Below are positions 21,508 through 31,648 of a stretch of 64,000 nucleotides of DNA, one piece after another. The translations under genes were made by a program, and so were the position numbers. Within the stretch, counting starts at the first letter, position 1, and every line of letters begins with the position of its first letter. The notes under the pieces are model-generated. The model was not told the origin of the DNA, did no database searches, and was given only the letters and a program-made list of their open reading frames with translations. Source of the stretch: a virus (Duplodnaviria; Caudoviricetes). The DNA is taken from IMG/VR virus record IMGVR_UViG_3300023081_000014, positions 1,898 to 65,897 of that record; one strand, given 5' to 3'.

Positions 21508-22158
21508 ATGTCAGACAAGGATAAAAAAGTGAAACAAACGTATCAAAAGCCAACAGAAAACCAGGGTGTGCTCATGGAAGGTCACATCAAAATTCACGAT
21601 CCTGAAACTAAAAAAGTGTTCGTGGATAAAAGAAATGCTATTCATTATGAAAATATGAGTATATCACTAGCAGAATCGCTAGGTAATGAAGGACGTGGTA
21701 ACATCGTTGAAATGGCTTTTGGCAATGGCGGAACCACAGTTGATCCTACAGGCATTGTTACATATCTTACACCAAATAATGTTGGTGTTAACGCAAGTTT
21801 ATACAATCAAACATACTATAAAACTGTAGATGACAATAACGTTAACAATACAGATCCAAGCAGAAACTTTATTGAAACAAGACATACGCTTGGTACAACA
21901 TATACAGATATTTTAATTAGTTGTTTGCTTGATTATGGTGAGCCAAGCGGTCAAGAAGCATTTGATAATTCTACCGACATGGATGGAAATTATGTGTTTG
22001 ACGAGTTAGGATTAAAAGCATATACTCCTAACGGTGCAAACCAGGGAAGACTTTTAACACACGTGGTATTCCACCCGGTGCAAAAGTCATTGAATAGGCT
22101 AATACAGATTGATTATACAATTAGAATTCAGAGTTTGACAAATATAAGCGAGATTTAA
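21508..22158 (+). CDS. Tail fibre attachment / baseplate protein
   Basis: MAFGNGG...VFDELGL...LLTHVVFHPVQKSLNRLIQIDYTIRIQ resembles fibre N-terminal anchor domains; lies between the giant protein and the fibres. Confidence 0.55.
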   Translation: MSDKDKKVKQTYQKPTENQGVLMEGHIKIHDPETKKVFVDKRNAIHYENMSISLAESLGNEGRGNIVEMAFGNGGTTVDPTGIVTYLTPNNVGVNASLYNQTYYKTVDDNNVNNTDPSRNFIETRHTLGTTYTDILISCLLDYGEPSGQEAFDNSTDMDGNYVFDELGLKAYTPNGANQGRLLTHVVFHPVQKSLNRLIQIDYTIRIQSLTNISEI

Positions 22159-22161
22159 CGA

Positions 22162-24183
22162 ATGGCATATAGTGTAAACTTTACAGATAGTATTAACAAA
22201 AATCCTATTGTTATTGATGACAATAGTCGTAACACTGTTGACACTTCGTTAACGTTTATAGGACGTAATGAAGCCAGTTACGGTCAAGCGATTGCGGAAA
22301 ACTTTCTACATATTTTAGAAAATTTCGCTGACAATAATCCGCCAAATAACCCAATTGAAGGACAACTTTGGTATGACAGCGGAACTAACAGATTAAAAAT
22401 TAATGATTCAACAGCAGGAGCAAGTAACTGGAGACCAGCCGGTGGTGTTCACGTAGAGGCTGTTGAACCAAACAATCCTCTAAAAGGAGATGTTTGGGTA
22501 GATACAACAAATAATCAATTATATCTTTACACAGGTGCTCAGTTCCAGTTGGTAGGACCTAATTTTGCAGGAGGTCTTAAAGCAGGCGCTCAAGCAGAAG
22601 AAGTTGTTGATACACAAAACATTACTCACACAGTTATTAAAAACTATGTTGCAGATAAAGTAGTAACAATTATTTCAAAAGATCAATTTATTCCAAGACA
22701 AAAGATTGAAGGATTTGTTGAACTGTTTCCTGGTATCAATATTTCAAATACAGATTTTAATAACAACGGTATTGTACTAAACAAACTTCATGCAACAGCA
22801 ACAAAAGCAGATGCATTGAATGTTACACAGCCTGCTATTGAAACTGTAAATGCAAATAACTTTGTTCGTTCTGATATTACAGATACAATGAACGGTCAGT
22901 TGTTTGTAAGAAACGACGGTGGTGTTACAGTTGGTGCAAACCAAATATTCAACTTAGAAATTGCAAGTAATAATGCTGTAATTAAAAACAACTCACTAGA
23001 TGGTAATATTGATTTTAAAGTATTCCCAGAAGCGGATAGAGATGTTGTTACGGTTATGCGTGTTGATGGTAGAAACAAACGTGTTGGTATTAACCAAGTT
23101 TCTCCGGCAGTAGCATTAGATGTTACAGGTAGCGGACATTTTACTGAAGCATTACAATTAGCATCAACAGAAAGTGCAACATCAACAACCACAGGTGCTT
23201 TAAGAGTTTCGGGTGGTACAGGTATTGCTGAAAATTTATATGTTGGTGGTAATGCATTATTTGAAGGACATATTCAAGTAGGTGAAACAGGTAGCGGAAC
23301 TGTTGCTATTCAACCAACCGATGATGGAACACAAGCATTTGATGCATCATTGGATATTGGTACAGTAAACAATAGATTTAGAAATGTTTATTCAGAAACA
23401 TTTACAGGAAGATTAACAGGAACAGTTGTTGGTGATGTATTTGGTAACGTTAACGGTACATCAGACAGACTGGTTGCTTCAACCGTTTTTAAAATATCAG
23501 GACACGTTGCTGACTCAACAGGATTCAGTTTCGATGGTCAAACTGGTGGAACAGAAAAAACATTTAACGTAACACTAACACAGGACGCTATTTCTGCACA
23601 AACCGAAGTTACTGAAAATGAAAACAATGATGAATTATTAATAGTTAGAGCAGGTCAAGGTTTAAGAAAAGTTCAAAGAGATAATTTCTTTGCAGGAGCA
23701 TCGTTGGTACCAATTGGTGCTATTATGCCTTATGCAGGACCAATTGCAAGTTTTTCTGATATTCCAAGCGGATATTTGTTATGTGACGGCTCAGAAGTTG
23801 CACAAGGTTTATATCCACAACTTTATAACACCATTGGTACAACTTATGGTACCGGTATTAACCCCAATACATTTAAACTTCCGGATTTACGTGGTAGATT
23901 CCCACTAGGTCTTGATAACATGGATAATGGAACAACAGTAAACGATGTTGGTGGTATCGCAGTAGATGCAGGTGGTGGTGTTGCTAACAGAGTTACAAAT
24001 ACAGCGGCAAGAAGTTTAGGTGGAACACAAGGTAGTGAAACAATTGATACAACAAACGTTGCATTTGGCAGTGGCACACAATATTCAACAACCACTGGTA
24101 GTGGACCTTATAGCACATTAAACGTTATGAATCCATACCTTGCGGTACATTATATTATTAGAGCAGGGGAGCCAGCGGCATAA
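22162..24183 (+). CDS. Tail fibre 1 with C-terminal phage tail collar domain
   Basis: Shared N-terminal module (GRNEASYGQAIAENFLHILENFA...PIEGQLWYD); collar motif PIGAIMPYAG...GYLLCDG...LYNTIGTTYG...FKLPDLRGRFPLG. Confidence 0.85.
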   Translation: MAYSVNFTDSINKNPIVIDDNSRNTVDTSLTFIGRNEASYGQAIAENFLHILENFADNNPPNNPIEGQLWYDSGTNRLKINDSTAGASNWRPAGGVHVEAVEPNNPLKGDVWVDTTNNQLYLYTGAQFQLVGPNFAGGLKAGAQAEEVVDTQNITHTVIKNYVADKVVTIISKDQFIPRQKIEGFVELFPGINISNTDFNNNGIVLNKLHATATKADALNVTQPAIETVNANNFVRSDITDTMNGQLFVRNDGGVTVGANQIFNLEIASNNAVIKNNSLDGNIDFKVFPEADRDVVTVMRVDGRNKRVGINQVSPAVALDVTGSGHFTEALQLASTESATSTTTGALRVSGGTGIAENLYVGGNALFEGHIQVGETGSGTVAIQPTDDGTQAFDASLDIGTVNNRFRNVYSETFTGRLTGTVVGDVFGNVNGTSDRLVASTVFKISGHVADSTGFSFDGQTGGTEKTFNVTLTQDAISAQTEVTENENNDELLIVRAGQGLRKVQRDNFFAGASLVPIGAIMPYAGPIASFSDIPSGYLLCDGSEVAQGLYPQLYNTIGTTYGTGINPNTFKLPDLRGRFPLGLDNMDNGTTVNDVGGIAVDAGGGVANRVTNTAARSLGGTQGSETIDTTNVAFGSGTQYSTTTGSGPYSTLNVMNPYLAVHYIIRAGEPAA

Positions 24184-26021
24184 TGAGTTATACAGTTAAT
24201 AAAACAGACGGAACAGTTTTAACCATTGTAGGCGATGGTACAGTTGATAACACTTCAACAGATATTACCCTTGTAGGTAGAAAGTACAGTGGATACGGTG
24301 AAGTATTAAACGAAAACTTAGTAAAACTATTAGAAAGTTTTGCAAATAGAACAGCACCAGATAATCCTTTAGAAGGACAGGTTTGGTTTGATACACTAGA
24401 AGGTCGTTTAAAAGTTTACACAGGAAGTGAATTTAAACCAACAGGTGGTCCGTTGGTACAAGACACAAGACCTCCAGGATTGGTTATTGGTGACCTTTGG
24501 ATTAACAACGAAACAAATCAACTATATTTTTATGATGGTGTTGATTTAAGTTTAGCAGGTCCAATTTATTCTCAAGCAGAAGGAAAACACGGATGGATTG
24601 TTGAAAATGTTGTTGACCAAGGAAACAATGGACGTTCAATTACAGGTTTATGGGTAAATGGTGAACGTATTGGTATTTTAAGTAGATATCAATTTACACC
24701 TCGAACAGCAATTAACGGTTTTACACAAATTAATGTTGGACTTAATTTTAGTACAGCAGTAGCAGGATTAAAGTTACACGGTACAGCAACATCAGCAGAT
24801 GCTGTTGCAGGAATTGCACCTGGACAGTTTTTACGTTCAGACGAAAGTGATATTACAACAGGAACACTTGGTGTTCTTAATGACGGCGGTTTAACAATCG
24901 GTGCGGACAGCGATTTCACAGCATTTATTAATACCAATACAACAACATTTAAAAATAACCTGCAAGATAGAGATTGGAAGTTACAGGTTAACTCAAGTGC
25001 AACAGGAACATTAACAGATGCAATAGATATTGACAGTTCTACACTTACAATGAAGTTGTTTGAAGGTCAAACAACAAGTACAATTACCACAGGTGGTAAC
25101 TTAATTGTAAGTGGCGACTTAACGGTAAGTGGTAGCACAAGTTACTTAGATACAAACACCCTAAGGGTAAATGATAAAAATATTGAATTAGCATACGGTG
25201 ATACACCAACTGATGTTCTTGCTGATGGTGGAGGTATTACACTTAAAGGTGATACCGATCATACAATTAATTGGGCAAACAGTACACAAGCATGGACATC
25301 AAGTGATACATTTGGTCTTGCTACCGGAAAACACTTCCATATTAACAATAACTTGATGTTAAGTGAAAGCACACTTGGTGCAAGTGTTGTTAATTCTAGT
25401 TTAACAAATTTAGGAATTCTAACAGAGTTACAAGTTGATGATATTGATATTAACGGTAATACTATTTCAACTGTAACAACAAACGCAGATTTAAACATTG
25501 ATGTTCACGGAACGGGTAATGTTGTTTTTGATAACGAAGAAGCAAGTCCAGTAACACAAATTAAAGGAGTCAAAGATCCAACCGATGCACAAGACGTTGC
25601 AACTAAAGCATATGTTGATAGAGAAATTGCTAATCAAACTATTGTGCTAACAATGAATGTAACTGGAATGACAAATCAAAACACTTCTGACATTCCAAAC
25701 GAACTTGCAAAACTTGCACCACCTTTAAACTATGAACTAGGTACACAAGCAAGAGTTTTATGTGAAACACTTTCTCTTGCTGGTACAGCAACTACAATTA
25801 CTGTTAATACTACAGGATCGTCAACAGGCTTAACAAACGAATTGTTGGCTAATCAAGTAGCAGTTGATAAGGACGGCGTGGTAAGTAGTGCAAGTGTTAT
25901 ACAGAGTTTAAGTTTTCCAAATGGTATTACACCAAGTGGTAACTCAATTGCTGTAGCAAGAGTAACAAAAATATTTGAAATCCAAGCAGGCCCACAATGG
26001 GTTTATGTAAGTGATGTATAA
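24183..26021 (+). CDS. Tail fibre 2 (paralog)
   Basis: Same N-terminal module (LVGRKYSGYGEVLNENLVKLLESFA...EGQVWFD); DPTDAQDVATKAYVD fibre motif. Confidence 0.8.
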   Translation: MSYTVNKTDGTVLTIVGDGTVDNTSTDITLVGRKYSGYGEVLNENLVKLLESFANRTAPDNPLEGQVWFDTLEGRLKVYTGSEFKPTGGPLVQDTRPPGLVIGDLWINNETNQLYFYDGVDLSLAGPIYSQAEGKHGWIVENVVDQGNNGRSITGLWVNGERIGILSRYQFTPRTAINGFTQINVGLNFSTAVAGLKLHGTATSADAVAGIAPGQFLRSDESDITTGTLGVLNDGGLTIGADSDFTAFINTNTTTFKNNLQDRDWKLQVNSSATGTLTDAIDIDSSTLTMKLFEGQTTSTITTGGNLIVSGDLTVSGSTSYLDTNTLRVNDKNIELAYGDTPTDVLADGGGITLKGDTDHTINWANSTQAWTSSDTFGLATGKHFHINNNLMLSESTLGASVVNSSLTNLGILTELQVDDIDINGNTISTVTTNADLNIDVHGTGNVVFDNEEASPVTQIKGVKDPTDAQDVATKAYVDREIANQTIVLTMNVTGMTNQNTSDIPNELAKLAPPLNYELGTQARVLCETLSLAGTATTITVNTTGSSTGLTNELLANQVAVDKDGVVSSASVIQSLSFPNGITPSGNSIAVARVTKIFEIQAGPQWVYVSDV

Positions 26022-26034
26022 GGAATAGAGAGCG

Positions 26035-28425
26035 ATGCCATATCAATTAGATAAAACGGACGGTACAGTATTAATAACATTAGCAGATGGTGTTGTTGAT
26101 AACTCAACCGATCTACAACTTGTGGGTAGAAATGTTGCAGGCTACGGTGAGCAACAAAATGAAAACTTTGTAAAATTATTAGAAAATTTTGCTAGAGCAG
26201 ATACACCTCCAAGCAAGCCGTTGGTTGGACAGATATGGTTTGATAAAAATGCAGACAAACTTCGTCCTAGTGTGTTTGACGGAGTGCATTGGCGTAATTT
26301 AACAATCAATCAAGTTTCAGCAACAGAACCTCAAGGTCAAAAAGAAGGTGATTTATGGTGGGATACTGTTAACAATAAATTATATGTATTTGTTGCAGAT
26401 GGTGACCAGCATGTACTTGTTGGACCTGAAAGTGTATTAGGTTTTGGTCAAACTCGTTGGAGTTCAGAAAAATTAACTGACACCGGAGGAACAGATCATC
26501 CTGTATCAATTGGATATGTAGACGGTGCACCATATATGGTAATGGCAGATGCGGCGTTTGAAATTGATCAAACTGCAACACCGTTAACAGGATTTACTAG
26601 AATTGGTCAAGGTATTACTGCAAAAGGCACAAATGTAGATGGCGTAACATCTAGTGCTACAAGATTTTTTGGTACAGCAGGCGATGCTGATAGATTAGGC
26701 GGACGTTTAGCAAGCACTTGGGCAAACAGAAATGACAACGAAGATATTACAGGTGTATACAGTTTTAAAAATGACGGTGGTATCAAAATAGGTGTTGACA
26801 GCGAATTAGAAATTAAAATTGATCCTGGTTCTAGCATTGCACAAATTTACAATGAAGTTGGTACTGTTTTAAAACTTGGTGTTAACTATGCCGGTAGTGG
26901 TGCTGACAAAGAAGTAATACAAATTATTGATAAAAATATTTTACCTTTTGCTAACAATCAAGTAAGCATTGGTTCACCTAGCAAAAACTTTAGAAACATT
27001 TATGCTAATGATGTTTATGCAAACTTTATTGGTACTTTAAGCGGATCAATGGTTGGTACAACAACAGGTGCTAACAGAGGTCAGTTACAAGATAGTTTAG
27101 GTAATACTATTGTTGATCCTGAAACAGGAAAATCTTTTACAATTAACGTAGGTAACTCACAAGCAACAAACGGATTAACTGTTGTTGATGTTGATGCCAC
27201 AACAACTGCTCCTAAAATTCCTGCAAGTGCTGGAACAAGGGTAGGACGTTTTGAAGGTGTGGCGGCATTTGTTGATTATGGTGTATACACAAACCAAAAT
27301 AATACACTAACAGGTATTAATACGTTTAATGGCACATCACAATTTAATGGAAGCGTAACTTTAACATCTTCACAAACAACCAACGGTTATATAAGCGTAG
27401 GTAGAATTGGTAGAGGTGCAATTACTACACCAAGTGATCCTAATCAAAATATTGGAGACATGTTAATTGACAGGGTTACTATACAAGACTCAAGAATTAA
27501 CAATCCTGATTTAAGAGCAGGAACAATTTCAAATGGTACTGTTATCGATGGTGCTGACATTGGTAAAAATGCACCAGCAATACAGGTTAAAGCACAAAAG
27601 TTTGTTGATGCTGTTGGTAGAACAGTTACACGTATTAGTGACGACGGACAATTTTTACAAAACAGTGCAACTAATTTAGTAACAGAACGTGCTATTAAAG
27701 AATATGTAGATACGGTATTCCAATCAACCGGACAGGATATTCAGTTCTATCTTGACACAAAAGATATGACACAAGCAGATGTTAAAACACAGTTAACTAG
27801 ACTTGCTCCACCAGAAAACTTTAAAGAAGGAACTATTGCAAGAATACTAGGAAGTTACTACTATGGTAACCTTGGTGTTAACAGTGAAGGTAATCCAATT
27901 TATGTTAAGAAATATAGCACAACAACACGAAGAGGTATTGGCTGGATTGGTGGTAGAAGTGTAGAAAGTGGTTCTGGTATTATTACTGATATAATTGATA
28001 AGAAAGCCGCAACAACAGGCTACGAATTCCAATTAAGTGCAACAGGCAATGTTACCACAGATTCACAAACATTCCCTACAAATTCAAATGCAGGAACATT
28101 TAGTACGCTGTTATCAAACGGTACATTAACAGGTTGGTTTGTTTTCCAAACAGCATTAAATGTAGATCAAGCAGATGAGTTTTCTACTAATGCTGTTCAA
28201 GGTGCAAAAGTTGTTATTGTTAGAAACGGTTTAGTTGAGTCATATAGTTCTAATGATGGACTATTACAATTATTGGTTGGAAATGTAACCTATGAACGTG
28301 CAGGTGCAAGCACCTGGAATAGTGCTGTAAACATTGCAGGATTTACCACAACTGTTACAGCATATACATTTAATAGAACTAGTAGAACAAGTTCTGCGGC
28401 ATGGGTTTATAAAGGTAATTTTTAA
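26035..28425 (+). CDS. Tail fibre 3 (paralog)
   Basis: Same N-terminal module (LVGRNVAGYGEQQNENFVKLLENFA...VGQIWFD); Gly/Thr-rich shaft. Confidence 0.8.
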   Translation: MPYQLDKTDGTVLITLADGVVDNSTDLQLVGRNVAGYGEQQNENFVKLLENFARADTPPSKPLVGQIWFDKNADKLRPSVFDGVHWRNLTINQVSATEPQGQKEGDLWWDTVNNKLYVFVADGDQHVLVGPESVLGFGQTRWSSEKLTDTGGTDHPVSIGYVDGAPYMVMADAAFEIDQTATPLTGFTRIGQGITAKGTNVDGVTSSATRFFGTAGDADRLGGRLASTWANRNDNEDITGVYSFKNDGGIKIGVDSELEIKIDPGSSIAQIYNEVGTVLKLGVNYAGSGADKEVIQIIDKNILPFANNQVSIGSPSKNFRNIYANDVYANFIGTLSGSMVGTTTGANRGQLQDSLGNTIVDPETGKSFTINVGNSQATNGLTVVDVDATTTAPKIPASAGTRVGRFEGVAAFVDYGVYTNQNNTLTGINTFNGTSQFNGSVTLTSSQTTNGYISVGRIGRGAITTPSDPNQNIGDMLIDRVTIQDSRINNPDLRAGTISNGTVIDGADIGKNAPAIQVKAQKFVDAVGRTVTRISDDGQFLQNSATNLVTERAIKEYVDTVFQSTGQDIQFYLDTKDMTQADVKTQLTRLAPPENFKEGTIARILGSYYYGNLGVNSEGNPIYVKKYSTTTRRGIGWIGGRSVESGSGIITDIIDKKAATTGYEFQLSATGNVTTDSQTFPTNSNAGTFSTLLSNGTLTGWFVFQTALNVDQADEFSTNAVQGAKVVIVRNGLVESYSSNDGLLQLLVGNVTYERAGASTWNSAVNIAGFTTTVTAYTFNRTSRTSSAAWVYKGNF

Positions 28426-28916
28426 TGTATGAAATTGTCGATGGCTATATTACAAACGTTGACGAAATCATGCAAAAAGTGTATGAACACGAAAGCAAAG
28501 GCAAATTTACAAATAGAGGCATAGGAGGCACTGACAAACACGCTACTATATACGGTGAAAGTCATTTTTCAAGTTTATATGAAAAAGACATGGACAATGA
28601 CTTAGTTGAAACTGTATGGAAAACCATACCACAAAGTGAACGCAAATGGTGTTCACAGATAGTAGTAAACAAATACAAGCCGGGAGATTGGCTAATAAGG
28701 CACCAAGATAGTGCAGGCGGCTACTGGCAGTTTAAGTTAGTGTTTTTAACAGAAGGCAAGCCTCATTTTAAATACTGGGACAAGGATGACAATGAGCATT
28801 TAGTCCAAGAAAGAAAAGGAGCAATGTTTAAAATGCCGATAGAAACATGGCATGAAGTAACAAAGATAGAACAAGGCGAACAGACAAAATACAGTCTTGT
28901 GCTAATATGGGAATAA
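28425..28916 (+). CDS. 2OG-Fe(II) oxygenase (prolyl-hydroxylase-like)
   Basis: VVNKYKPGDWLIRHQDS (HxD) ... WHEVTKI (distal His) ... KYSLVL. Confidence 0.75.
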   Translation: MYEIVDGYITNVDEIMQKVYEHESKGKFTNRGIGGTDKHATIYGESHFSSLYEKDMDNDLVETVWKTIPQSERKWCSQIVVNKYKPGDWLIRHQDSAGGYWQFKLVFLTEGKPHFKYWDKDDNEHLVQERKGAMFKMPIETWHEVTKIEQGEQTKYSLVLIWE

Positions 28917-28920
28917 GGAT

Positions 28921-29397
28921 ATGGCAAAAGAAAAATTTAAATTGATGTTTAATGCTAAAAACGGTGCTCTTTTAGGTCACTTACCTAAAGGAATGGACAC
29001 CTTTGGCTTAGATCCTGACGAAGTAAAAATTAAAACGGTTGAATATGATCCAGACAAAGAAATATACATTGGCACACTCACCGAAGGTGGTGTAAAAAAG
29101 ATTGCTGATCTTGATGACGGCAAAGCATTTATTGATGAAGAAGTTCTTAATGCAGGAATAGCAGATGAGATACATCAAAAATATCCAATGCACAAACAGT
29201 TAAACATTATTATTGATATGCTTGATAAGTGCGACTATCCTAATACTCCAGAATTTGCAGAAATGGTTGCATATATTAAAGATCTTAGAGAAATGAATAA
29301 AGCACGTAAAGAACAATTCAAATCAAGTGATGCATATTTCTTTGCAGATAAGAAGATTAGTGAACTTGATCGCAAGAAACGTATGGGACAAGCATAA
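28921..29397 (+). CDS. Hypothetical protein, possible tail fibre assembly chaperone
   Basis: 158 aa between fibre genes; IHQKYPMHKQLNII resembles fibre chaperone motifs (weak). Confidence 0.5.
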   Translation: MAKEKFKLMFNAKNGALLGHLPKGMDTFGLDPDEVKIKTVEYDPDKEIYIGTLTEGGVKKIADLDDGKAFIDEEVLNAGIADEIHQKYPMHKQLNIIIDMLDKCDYPNTPEFAEMVAYIKDLREMNKARKEQFKSSDAYFFADKKISELDRKKRMGQA

Positions 29398-29399
29398 GG

Positions 29400-29405
29400 T
29401 AAATA
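29400..29405 (+). promoter_or_regulatory. T4-late-like promoter core TAAATA
   Basis: ggTAAATActgctagtAGAGGAataaaATG before 29425. Confidence 0.5.
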
Positions 29406-29424
29406 CTGCTAGTAGAGGAATAAA

Positions 29425-31182
29425 ATGCCATATATTATTAACACATACAATGGAACACAAATTGCAGTAGTACAAGACGGTACTGTTGATAACACCACTG
29501 ATATAAAACTTGTTGGTAAGAACTATGCAGGTTTTGGTGAAATCATCAATGAAAATTTTGTACACCTAATGGAAAGTTTTGCTGGTGCAAATCAACCACC
29601 AAATCCTTTACCAGGACAGGTGTGGTACGATAGTGCAAACCGTGTTATTAAATTTTTCGATGGTGGAAGATTTAGAATTGCAGGTGGTGCAGAAATTGGT
29701 CCTAACCAACCAGTAGGTTTAGCAAGAGGCGACCTTTGGTGGGAAACAGACGGTGAGCAATTATATGTTTACAATGGTGAAGATTTTATTCTAATTGGTC
29801 CTGTTAGCACAGGCGGTGAAGGTGTATCTCAGGTTACTTCAAGGGTTGTAAAAGATATTACAGCCAACGATAGAACGATTCTTACATACACAGTTAATGA
29901 CTCAGTAATGGGTATTACTGCTAAAGATGAATTTATTTTAGATAGCACAAAAAATCCTATTGCAGGATTTAGTCAAATCAAAAAAGGTTTTAACCTAGCA
30001 GATGAAATTACAGTTCCGGGTATTAGATATCATGGTACTGCGGTAAATGCAGACAACCTAGGAGGCATTCCTGCGGCACAATATGTTCTTAACAGTGGAT
30101 TGCAAAGTTTTGCTGACCTAGTTAAATTCTTAAATGACGAAGGTCTTACTGTAGGTAACGGTCAAGATTTAAAACTACACGTCACAGGTGGTGACCAAGC
30201 AAACATTACAAACCAAGTAGGTAATAAAATTAATTTCTCAGTTAACACCGGAACTGGTGCTACTGCTGTTGCAAGATTTGAAAATAACTCGTTTATTCCT
30301 GTACAAGATGGCGTAGGTTCAATTGGTACTGTAGCACAAAAATGGCAATCAATAAATGCTTATAGTGTTACTATTGACAGCACAGGATTTTTATCAGGAG
30401 ATGTAGTAGGTAATGTTACAGGAAACTTAACAGGTAATGTTACAGGAAACTTAACAGGTAATGTTACAGCATCTTCAGGAACAAGCACATTTAATAATGT
30501 TACTGTAAATGGTACATTAAACGCAACGGTACAAGGTACATCAGATATTGCAAATAAACTTGTAGTTGATTCTGGTACAGCAAGAGAAGCAAACACACTA
30601 TTAGTAAATAATTCAATCGTTGCACGAGATGGAAGTGGTAACATTAACGTTAATATTGTTAATGGTACTTCTACAAATTCACAAGCACTCAATGGTGCAA
30701 CAGCAGACACTGGCGCAGTTTCTGGAAGCATTGCACAACGAGATGCAAACAAAGATCTTACAGCACGTAAGTTTTTAGGTACAGCAACCGCGGCACAATT
30801 TGCTGATTTGGCTGAAAATTATCTAGCAGATGCTGACTATGAAATTGGTACAGTTTTGATACTAGGCGGCGACAAAGAAGTTACTCAAAGTACATCACAA
30901 ATGGATTCAAGGGTAGTTGGTGTTGTTTCAGAAAATCCAGCACACTTAATGAATAGTAATCTACAAGGTGAGTTTGTTGCTCCAGTTGCATTGCGTGGTA
31001 GAATCCAAGTTAAAGTAACAGGTCCTGTACGCAAAGGTGATATCCTAATTACAAGTCATGTACCAGGCACGGCAACAGCACTAACAGAAGACAGTGCTAT
31101 TCCAAATGCAGTATATGTAATTGGAAAGTCGATTGAAACTAATCAAAGTTCAGAAGTTAAACTAGTAGAAGTAGTTGTATAA
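29425..31182 (+). CDS. Tail fibre 4 (paralog) with C-terminal intramolecular chaperone (peptidase G2/S74-like)
   Basis: Shared N-terminal module; C-terminus ADLAENY...YEIGTVL..GGDKEVT...VVGVVSENPAHLMN...VALRGRIQVKV.G.VRKGD.L.TS..PG. Confidence 0.8.
   Translation: MPYIINTYNGTQIAVVQDGTVDNTTDIKLVGKNYAGFGEIINENFVHLMESFAGANQPPNPLPGQVWYDSANRVIKFFDGGRFRIAGGAEIGPNQPVGLARGDLWWETDGEQLYVYNGEDFILIGPVSTGGEGVSQVTSRVVKDITANDRTILTYTVNDSVMGITAKDEFILDSTKNPIAGFSQIKKGFNLADEITVPGIRYHGTAVNADNLGGIPAAQYVLNSGLQSFADLVKFLNDEGLTVGNGQDLKLHVTGGDQANITNQVGNKINFSVNTGTGATAVARFENNSFIPVQDGVGSIGTVAQKWQSINAYSVTIDSTGFLSGDVVGNVTGNLTGNVTGNLTGNVTASSGTSTFNNVTVNGTLNATVQGTSDIANKLVVDSGTAREANTLLVNNSIVARDGSGNINVNIVNGTSTNSQALNGATADTGAVSGSIAQRDANKDLTARKFLGTATAAQFADLAENYLADADYEIGTVLILGGDKEVTQSTSQMDSRVVGVVSENPAHLMNSNLQGEFVAPVALRGRIQVKVTGPVRKGDILITSHVPGTATALTEDSAIPNAVYVIGKSIETNQSSEVKLVEVVV
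30409..30469 (+). repeat. 24-bp coding tandem repeat, about 2.5 copies (GNVTGNLT)
   Basis: ggtaatgttacaggaaacttaaca x2 plus partial ggtaatgttacag, in frame in fibre 4. Confidence 0.95.
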
Positions 31183-31225
31183 GGCGTCTTAAACGCATTT
31201 TAAGCGTCATACAGCGGTGTTTATG

Positions 31226-31648
31226 CTATTCGCTAGTACTTTGTTTATCAACGTGCATAACGCCTATTTTAGACGCTTGTAAGAAGTCTATTCCGTCATT
31301 ACTGCGGTAATGCTCTCCAAAATAAACTGTTTTTATTCCACTTTGGTAAATCAATTTGGCACATTCAATACAAGGACTATGAGTAATAAACAGGTCAGCA
31401 CCCAAACCACTTTCGTTGCTACGGGCCAATTTTGCAATAGCATTTGATTCCGCGTGTAATACTTCGGGTTTTGTTTTTCCATTTTCTTCACAGCAATTAT
31501 CCCATCCACTTGGCATTCCGTTATATCCGTATGCAATTATGCGATCATCCTTTACAACAATCGCACCGACTTGAAGTCTTTCTGCATGTGACAGTTGTGC
31601 AAACCGTTTTGCAACATCCATGTATGCATGAATAAATTTAGGCTTCAC
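31226..31648 (-). CDS. dCMP deaminase
   Basis: QVGAIVVKD...GYNGMPSG...HAESNAI...THSPCIECAKLI (HAE and PCxxC zinc motifs). Confidence 0.92.
   Translation of the reverse strand: MKPKFIHAYMDVAKRFAQLSHAERLQVGAIVVKDDRIIAYGYNGMPSGWDNCCEENGKTKPEVLHAESNAIAKLARSNESGLGADLFITHSPCIECAKLIYQSGIKTVYFGEHYRSNDGIDFLQASKIGVMHVDKQSTSE

Noticed and set aside
30409-30469. 24-bp tandem repeat as a CRISPR, DGR or contingency locus
   Set aside because: No spacers; the unit is a multiple of 3 and encodes a common fibre GNVT/GNLT repeat.
891-30752. Many short antisense or alternative-frame ORFs inside structural genes (e.g. 891..1193, 2135..2488, 17338..17982, 30360..30752)
   Set aside because: Shadow ORFs of long, clearly coding + strand genes, without recognisable motifs.
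31183-31225. Convergent junction as a bidirectional terminator or origin (GCGTC/TTAA short repeats)
   Set aside because: Only 4-6 bp AT-rich stems (gcgt/acgc, cttaaa/tttaag); too weak to call.
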